Made by a program: the position numbers and the translations under genes
IMG/VR virus record: IMGVR_UViG_3300042484_002457
Span: 124,001-188,000 of that record
Strand: one strand, 5' to 3'
DNA: 64,000 bases
Notes under the pieces: generated by a model
The model's input: the letters and a program-made list of their open reading frames with translations, nothing else
What the model was told of the DNA's origin: nothing
Database searches by the model: none
Shown: positions 58,107 to 64,000 of the stretch, in pieces
Numbering within the stretch: the stretch's first letter is position 1
Layout of the letters: every line of letters begins with the position of its first letter

Positions 58107-58170
58107 AGCGGTCTTCGGTCATCATCCCGCTATACAAACTCTGCTGCCTATGCTACAATAACATAGGAGA
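58107..58170 (+). promoter_or_regulatory. preQ1-I-like riboswitch candidate plus an RBS-occluding hairpin
   Basis: AGCGG/CCGCT stem, loop ending CATC, tail ATACAAAC; CCTATG/CATAGG hairpin overlaps the GGAG of queD. Confidence 0.5.
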
Positions 58171-58175
58171 ATAAC

Positions 58176-58673
58176 ATGCAACCAGTAGTTTACAAATACA
58201 CAAGTACTAAAGAATATCACGATGCGTTTCCGTGTGCTTATCGACAATGGCGGGCCGACAGCCATTGCAATCTAATTCACGGATACAGCTTCTCAATGAA
58301 GTTCTATTTTGGCACCAACGATCTTGATGTTCGCAATTGGGCAGCTGATTACGGTGGCCTCAAGGAACTAAAGAAAATATTAGAAGACCAATTTGATCAT
58401 ACACTGATCGTGGCACAAGATGACCCTGAACTAGAAACCTTCAAGCTTTTACAAGAGCGCAAGATGGCCAAGATTGTTGTGTTGCCAAAGCTGGGCTGCG
58501 AAGGACTGGCTGACCAACTGTACAAGTTTGTGAACGGCATCTATATTCCTGAAAACTGGGGACCTGGAGAAGCCGAACGCTTGTGGTGCTATCGTGTGGA
58601 AGTTCGCGAAACACAGGCAAACATGGCTTTCCGTGAAGGCCACCGTGAATGGAACGAAGATTTATTTGCCTAA
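58176..58673 (+). CDS. queD: 6-carboxy-5,6,7,8-tetrahydropterin synthase
   Basis: HCNLIHGYS, DYGGLK, FDHTL, GCEGLA, VEVRET. Confidence 0.88.
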   Translation: MQPVVYKYTSTKEYHDAFPCAYRQWRADSHCNLIHGYSFSMKFYFGTNDLDVRNWAADYGGLKELKKILEDQFDHTLIVAQDDPELETFKLLQERKMAKIVVLPKLGCEGLADQLYKFVNGIYIPENWGPGEAERLWCYRVEVRETQANMAFREGHREWNEDLFA

Positions 58674-58674
58674 T

Positions 58675-59529
58675 ATGGAACAAACAGTACAAGAACCCAA
58701 ATTTGACATTGCAATATTGCTGGCCACACGTGGTCGCACAGACTCGGTAAGTCGCAGTATTCGCAGCCTAGTTGACCTTGCTGACAACATCAAAAGTGTA
58801 CAAATCATGTTTGCTTTTGACAAGGATGACAGTGTGGGCCCGTCACACTTTTTGACAGACATCAAACCCATGTTGGATCAGGCTGGTGTATCATACACTG
58901 CCATGAACTTTGAACCCATGGGTTATGTGAACTTGCACAAGTACAACAATGCCATGGCCGCAAGGACCAACAGCCGATGGTTGGTTATCTGGAATGACGA
59001 CGCTGTGATGCAGACCAAGGGCTGGGACAGCAAGATCATGGGTTATCATGAGCAATTCAAGTTGCTGGCATTTCGCACACACAATCTGCATCCGTATAGT
59101 ATTTTTCCAATTGTGCCAAGAAAGTGGTATGACTTGTTGGGTTACATCAGTCCGCACCCCACACAGGATGGTTGGGTAAGTCAACAAGCATATCTGTTGG
59201 ACATATATGAGCGCATTGACGTAGATGTATTGCACGACCGCTATGACTTGACTGGCAACAACAACGACGAAACATTCCGCAATCGCCCCATGCTAGAAGG
59301 CAAACCCAACGATCCCAATGATTTTCACAGTGAGAACATGATTGATTTACGGCACCGTGATGCTGCAAAACTGGCTACATGGATGCGGGGACAAAGTATC
59401 AGTACCAAGTTCTTTGAAGCGGTGTTTGCCGGAACACAAGACCCCTGGGAAAAACTAGCCCAGAACGATGTGAATCAGTTAATGGTACAATTTGCCAACC
59501 CACACAAGCACTTCTCTGACAGTAAATAA
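58675..59529 (+). CDS. GT-A fold (family 2-like) glycosyltransferase
   Basis: ILLATRGR, FDKDD, IWNDDA; start reassigned to ATG 58675. Confidence 0.7.
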   Translation: MEQTVQEPKFDIAILLATRGRTDSVSRSIRSLVDLADNIKSVQIMFAFDKDDSVGPSHFLTDIKPMLDQAGVSYTAMNFEPMGYVNLHKYNNAMAARTNSRWLVIWNDDAVMQTKGWDSKIMGYHEQFKLLAFRTHNLHPYSIFPIVPRKWYDLLGYISPHPTQDGWVSQQAYLLDIYERIDVDVLHDRYDLTGNNNDETFRNRPMLEGKPNDPNDFHSENMIDLRHRDAAKLATWMRGQSISTKFFEAVFAGTQDPWEKLAQNDVNQLMVQFANPHKHFSDSK

Positions 59530-59532
59530 CAA

Positions 59533-61533
59533 ATGAAAAACAAAATTGCCTGGGTTCAACCCAACTTTCAGCAAGGTCCCAAAGAGTTTAATGCTTATTA
59601 TCTTCCTTACTCTGCAGGTGTAGTATGGAGTTACAGTCTAGCTGATCCAGCCATACGTGAACGATTTGAAGCCACTGACTGGATCTGGCGCCGAGATGCA
59701 CTGGAGCCAACAGCACAACGCCTGGCACTCAATAACATTGTGACTTTCAGTACCTATGTATGGAATCACCGCTATAACTATGAGTTGGCCCGCCGAATCA
59801 AAGAAATCAATCCCACGGTATTGACTGTGTTCGGGGGTCCTGAGCCGGCAATAACTGACCCAGATCTGTTTCGCAAAGAACCTTTCATGGACCTGGTGAT
59901 CTGTTACGAAGGCGAAATCACATTCAAAAGAGTGCTGGAACACTTTGAAACTGCTGACTGGGAATCGGTGCCAGGACTGTTGATCAATCGCAACGGTGAG
60001 GCTGTGAAAACCCAAGACGCTGAACGTATTGAAAGTCTTGAGCAGGTAGCTAGTCCTTACTTGTCGGGCATATTTGATCAAATGATGGCGGACCATCCTG
60101 AAGTAACATGGCAAGGCACCCTGGAAACCAATCGTGGTTGTCCGTTTGCCTGTACTTTTTGTGACTGGGGTAGTCTAACTTACAACAAGGTCAAGCAGTT
60201 TGAACTCACTCGAGTGTTCCACGAACTTGAATGGATGGCCCAACGCAACTTCGATTGGATCTCAATCACCGATGCCAACTTTGGCATGTTTCCCGAACGT
60301 GATGGCATGATTGCAGACAAGATCATTGAGATGCAGGAAAAGTACGGATCACCGCGCACCTTCTCAGTGGCCTGGGCCAAGAATCAAAAGAAGGAAGTGA
60401 TTGACATTGTGAAAAAACTGCTGGATGCTCGAGGCTTCAATCAAGGTCTCACGCTGAGTGTACAGAGTCTTGACTTGGATGTGCTGGAAAATATTCGCAG
60501 AAAAAACATGGAAATGAACAAACTAAACGAAGTGTTTGAACTGTGTGATCAACGCAATATTCCTGCCTATACCGAGCTGATCCTTGGCTTGCCCGGGGAA
60601 ACGTTAGAGACCTGGAAGAAAAATTTCTATGCATTGTATGATCTAAATCAGCACACTGGTATCACTGTGTTCCAAGCCCAGCTGTTGGAAAATGCTGAGA
60701 TGAATCTACTACAGAAAAAACTGTTCAAGATCACTAGCCAACCAGTTACCGATTACTTTGCTGGCTCATACAGTGTGGAACACATTGAAGAAAGCATTGA
60801 CGTTATAACTGGCACCAAAGACATGCCCACCCCTGTGATGTTGGATGCACAGATTTTTTCGTGGTTCCAAACTACTATGCACATCAATGGATTTGCTACT
60901 ATAGTGGCCAGGTTTATCAACAAGTATCTAGGCATCAGTTACCACAACTACTATGAAGACCTGTTTGCATATGCCATGACTCATGACTGGTTGAAGAAAG
61001 AAGCAGACGAAGCTAGAACGTATTTTTCTAACTGGATGGATACTGGCCGGATCAACCATCCCAAGATTGGTGTGGAGATTCATGGTTGGAACATCATACA
61101 TCGTACATCAATGAACATGCACCAAGAAGACCGTGTGGATGACTTGTATGATTTCTTGGAAACTTTCTTAGAGCGTTACAACTTGCCCAAAAATCTATTA
61201 GCCAGCCTCATGCGTCTCCAACGCAGTTACTACATCAAGTATGATGACAGAAATGCCTATCCCATGAATTTGACTCTAGACTATAATATTTGGGAATACC
61301 TCAGTTTTAACCGACCCTTGGTCAATGAACCCACAGTGTATCGTTTGGATTTTCCTGAAGACAAGACCATGAGCCTCAATAGATTTTTGGAATTGTTTTA
61401 TTTTGCTCGACGTCGCAACTTTGGCAAAGCCACAGTTGATTTAGTAGGCAAAGTTGACAGCAAAGCAAGTCAGCGCGGCAAAGGTGCTGCCAAGGCACAA
61501 GGTTCATTCTCAATCAAACAACTAGCAGCCTAA
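59533..61533 (+). CDS. B12-binding domain radical SAM protein
   Basis: FSTYVWN, FGGPE, EGE, ETNRGCPFACTFCDWG, DANFG, ELILGLPGET. Confidence 0.9.
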   Translation: MKNKIAWVQPNFQQGPKEFNAYYLPYSAGVVWSYSLADPAIRERFEATDWIWRRDALEPTAQRLALNNIVTFSTYVWNHRYNYELARRIKEINPTVLTVFGGPEPAITDPDLFRKEPFMDLVICYEGEITFKRVLEHFETADWESVPGLLINRNGEAVKTQDAERIESLEQVASPYLSGIFDQMMADHPEVTWQGTLETNRGCPFACTFCDWGSLTYNKVKQFELTRVFHELEWMAQRNFDWISITDANFGMFPERDGMIADKIIEMQEKYGSPRTFSVAWAKNQKKEVIDIVKKLLDARGFNQGLTLSVQSLDLDVLENIRRKNMEMNKLNEVFELCDQRNIPAYTELILGLPGETLETWKKNFYALYDLNQHTGITVFQAQLLENAEMNLLQKKLFKITSQPVTDYFAGSYSVEHIEESIDVITGTKDMPTPVMLDAQIFSWFQTTMHINGFATIVARFINKYLGISYHNYYEDLFAYAMTHDWLKKEADEARTYFSNWMDTGRINHPKIGVEIHGWNIIHRTSMNMHQEDRVDDLYDFLETFLERYNLPKNLLASLMRLQRSYYIKYDDRNAYPMNLTLDYNIWEYLSFNRPLVNEPTVYRLDFPEDKTMSLNRFLELFYFARRRNFGKATVDLVGKVDSKASQRGKGAAKAQGSFSIKQLAA

Positions 61534-62213
61534 TGAAGAGACTGTTCACTTTTGGGTGTAGCTTCACTAACTACAGATGGAGCACCTGGGCTGACTGTCT
61601 AGCACCCGAATTTGACTACTTTGAAAATTGGGGTCAGAGCGGCGGTGGCAACGGCTATATCATGAACTCAGTGATGGAAGCCGATCAACGCAATCGATTT
61701 GGTCCAAATGACACTGTGGTTGTGTGCTGGACCAGTCACACGCGAGATGATCGATATGCCAATCGAAAGTGGCAGACTTTGGGAAATATTTTTACTTGCC
61801 CCATATACGATCCTGCGTATTTGAAAACTCATGTTGATGATCGTGGTTACATGATACGTGATCTTGCGTATGTCAAGGCTGTAAAAACTTTATTGGAATC
61901 TCGGCCTGGACTGACCTGGAGATTTATCAGCATGACCACCTGGGGGTCAGTATCATTTTATAGTGACGCTGTTGAGCTGTATAAAGATTGTGTTGATATT
62001 ATTTCCAAAGGCTACGATCAAGTGCTTTACCCCAACGGCTGGCCCAATCGAGAAGATCCACACCCTAGCCCTGCTGAGCATTTGGCCTATTTGGATGCAG
62101 TATTGCCTGGTTGGGTTACAAAACAATCTACTCGTGTTATAATGCATGATGAAAGCGTCAATCTAAATAAAGATCCCCGTAAGTCGGGTATGGCAAAAGT
62201 AACAAGACTATGA
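61533..62213 (+). CDS. SGNH-like protein
   Basis: FGCSFT, GQSGGGN, DPHPSPAEH. Confidence 0.55.
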   Translation: MKRLFTFGCSFTNYRWSTWADCLAPEFDYFENWGQSGGGNGYIMNSVMEADQRNRFGPNDTVVVCWTSHTRDDRYANRKWQTLGNIFTCPIYDPAYLKTHVDDRGYMIRDLAYVKAVKTLLESRPGLTWRFISMTTWGSVSFYSDAVELYKDCVDIISKGYDQVLYPNGWPNREDPHPSPAEHLAYLDAVLPGWVTKQSTRVIMHDESVNLNKDPRKSGMAKVTRL

Positions 62214-62485
62214 CACCACAACACAAAGAGATTCTAGATATCACACAAGAAGAGTGTGCTGAGGTAATTGTTGCCGTCAGCAAAATTAACCGTTTTGGTC
62301 TAGACAATGTCAAGCCTGGCAAACCATTGACCAATAGGCAACACCTGGCAGAAGAACTAGGGGACTTGCAGGCCATGATTGATTTGTGCACTGACTTCGA
62401 CCTTGTGAGTCGCGAGGAGGTGCTTGCTGCTGCCAGCAACAAGATTACCAAACTAAAACAGTGGTCAAACATTTTTAAGGACTAA
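62210..62485 (+). CDS. MazG-like NTP pyrophosphohydrolase
   Basis: QEECAEV...LAEELGDL. Confidence 0.8.
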   Translation: MTPQHKEILDITQEECAEVIVAVSKINRFGLDNVKPGKPLTNRQHLAEELGDLQAMIDLCTDFDLVSREEVLAAASNKITKLKQWSNIFKD

Positions 62486-62486
62486 C

Positions 62487-63332
62487 ATGAAATTAAAAGT
62501 AAGTGAACTATTTTATTCTGCACAAGGCGAAGGCCGCTATGTAGGCGTTCCTTCAATTTTCCTCCGCACATTTGGTTGTAACTTCACCTGTTCAGGCTTT
62601 GGTTGTAAGCCTGGAGAAAAAAGCACAGGTGCTGACGAAGTTGCCAAGACTGTGCATTTATACAAGACTTTTGAAGAACTGCCATTAGTAGATACTGGCT
62701 GCGACAGCTATGCTAGTTGGCATCCAGACTTCAAACATCTAAGCCCCACATACACTCCTGAAGAACTTGTGGAAAAGATGGCAGCATTGTTGCCTAACAA
62801 TAACTGGCAACAACCCAACGGCAACCCTGTACACTTGGTTATCACTGGTGGCGAGCCATTGCTGGGCTGGCAGCGAGCATATCCTGAGTTGTTGGACCTG
62901 TTGCACGAACGTGGTTTGCGACACATTACATTTGAAACCAATGGTACTCAAGAACTCACACGTGACTTCAAACAGTATCTGGCAAACTGGCACGGTGAGA
63001 TCACATTCTCAGTAAGCCCCAAGCTGAGTGTATCAGGTGAGACTTGGGCAGATGCAATCAAGCCAGATATTGTATGGGATTACGAAACACATGGCATCAC
63101 TTACTTGAAGTTTGTGGTAGACAAGATTGAAGACTTCGACGAGCTGGATCGTGCTGTGGATGAGTATCGACTGCGTGGTTTCAGTGGCCCCGTGTTCGTG
63201 ATGCCAGTGGGCGGTGTGGTTAGCGTATATGACAGCAATAGAATTCATGTTGCAGACGAAGCACTCAAACGCGGTTACTGGTATACCCCAAGATTGCATG
63301 TGGATCTTTGGGGCAATGGCTGGGGGAAATAA
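62487..63332 (+). CDS. queE: 7-carboxy-7-deazaguanine synthase (radical SAM)
   Basis: SELFYSAQGEG, FLRTFGCNFTC...GCDS, VITGGEPLL, FETNGT, SVSPKL, PRLHVDLW. Confidence 0.9.
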   Translation: MKLKVSELFYSAQGEGRYVGVPSIFLRTFGCNFTCSGFGCKPGEKSTGADEVAKTVHLYKTFEELPLVDTGCDSYASWHPDFKHLSPTYTPEELVEKMAALLPNNNWQQPNGNPVHLVITGGEPLLGWQRAYPELLDLLHERGLRHITFETNGTQELTRDFKQYLANWHGEITFSVSPKLSVSGETWADAIKPDIVWDYETHGITYLKFVVDKIEDFDELDRAVDEYRLRGFSGPVFVMPVGGVVSVYDSNRIHVADEALKRGYWYTPRLHVDLWGNGWGK

Positions 63333-63333
63333 C

Positions 63334-64000
63334 ATGTTTGATTGTGTACTGGTTAATGGTGACAGCTATTCTGCAAAGAACAGCTCGACTCATGTTTACA
63401 GCGATTTTTTAAAAAAAGAGCTAGACTTACCAGTACACAACATAGCAGCAATTGGTGCAAACAATCAAAGAATTATAAGAAGTACGATAGAAAAAGCACT
63501 AGAGTTAAAATATCAAGGTAACATGCCATTGATATTGATTGGTTGGAGTTTTATTCGGCGTATAGAAGTTTGGTATTATGGCAACAAACCTGGAGTGTTA
63601 AATCGAATTCCAGATTCTCTAGTAGGTAACGAACATAAAAATCCAAAGTTTGTTACACTCGATGTGTTGTTGAAGGAGAACGAAGCTACCTTAGAACAGA
63701 AATGTTTAATCAACAACGACATGTTTGTACACTCACAATTGACTAATTTTTATACCAGTCTTTTTATGCTTGCAAACACCTTAGAAGCATTGGGGCTTGA
63801 ATATCGATTTTTTTCTGCTGCTAAAAACACTGAGATCCCAGTAAATAGTTTTCCCTACATTGAATCTTTACAACAAGTGCAATGGTGTATTAACAATAAG
63901 AATTTTTATCAGTTGCATAATTTTTGTGTGCTAGATTGGGCCAAAGACAATGATCCTAATGCTCATCAAGTCACTGGGCATCTAAGTACAGAAGGGCACA
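63334..64000 (+). CDS. SGNH-like protein (3' truncated by window edge)
   Basis: MFDCVLVNGDSYS...IGANNQRI...TGH; open to the end of the window. Confidence 0.55.
   Translation, partial: MFDCVLVNGDSYSAKNSSTHVYSDFLKKELDLPVHNIAAIGANNQRIIRSTIEKALELKYQGNMPLILIGWSFIRRIEVWYYGNKPGVLNRIPDSLVGNEHKNPKFVTLDVLLKENEATLEQKCLINNDMFVHSQLTNFYTSLFMLANTLEALGLEYRFFSAAKNTEIPVNSFPYIESLQQVQWCINNKNFYQLHNFCVLDWAKDNDPNAHQVTGHLSTEGH

Noticed and set aside
1-64000. Stop-codon reassignment, tRNA genes, or a reverse transcriptase/DGR
   Set aside because: Genes are intact and tightly packed under code 11, with TAA, TGA and TAG all used as stops. I recognised no tRNA cloverleaf or RT motif by eye; tRNAscan-SE would be needed to exclude tRNAs.

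Overview
This window is 64 kb of a large T4-like (jumbo-type) dsDNA phage genome in the standard genetic code. A Betaproteobacteria/Burkholderiales host is inferred from a Bug/TctC gene and a TolA-like domain. Recognisable content: (i) replication genes (RFC clamp loader, family B DNA polymerase apparently starting at ATT, probable sliding clamp, DsbA-like protein); (ii) GroES, DnaJ, ClpA, Dps and PhoH; (iii) a lysis cassette (spanins, GH19 endolysin, holin); (iv) four free-standing homing endonucleases; (v) glycan/sulfation enzyme clusters; (vi) a 7-deazaguanine DNA-modification region (TGT/DpdA-like, FolE, two QueD-like, QueE, glycosyltransferases, radical SAM). The most striking signal is the 1055-aa ORF at 6847-10014. 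It is an in-frame array of unrelated small domains joined by eight copies of a nucleotide-conserved 18-bp linker (CAAGGTGTGGCGGAAGGC = QGVAEG). The linker looks like both a prohead-protease cleavage site and a DNA recombination joint. One module carries a twin-arginine signal that could only work after cleavage, and many neighbouring proteins start with peptides resembling the T4 capsid-targeting sequence. I infer a shuffleable 'injected-effector polyprotein cassette' system. Other highlights are a preQ1-I-like riboswitch candidate before queD, a covarying RNA leader shared by two unrelated homing endonucleases, a further structured intergenic RNA, and TAAATA-driven apparently leaderless late genes. 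All family calls come from motif recognition by eye; no searches were run.
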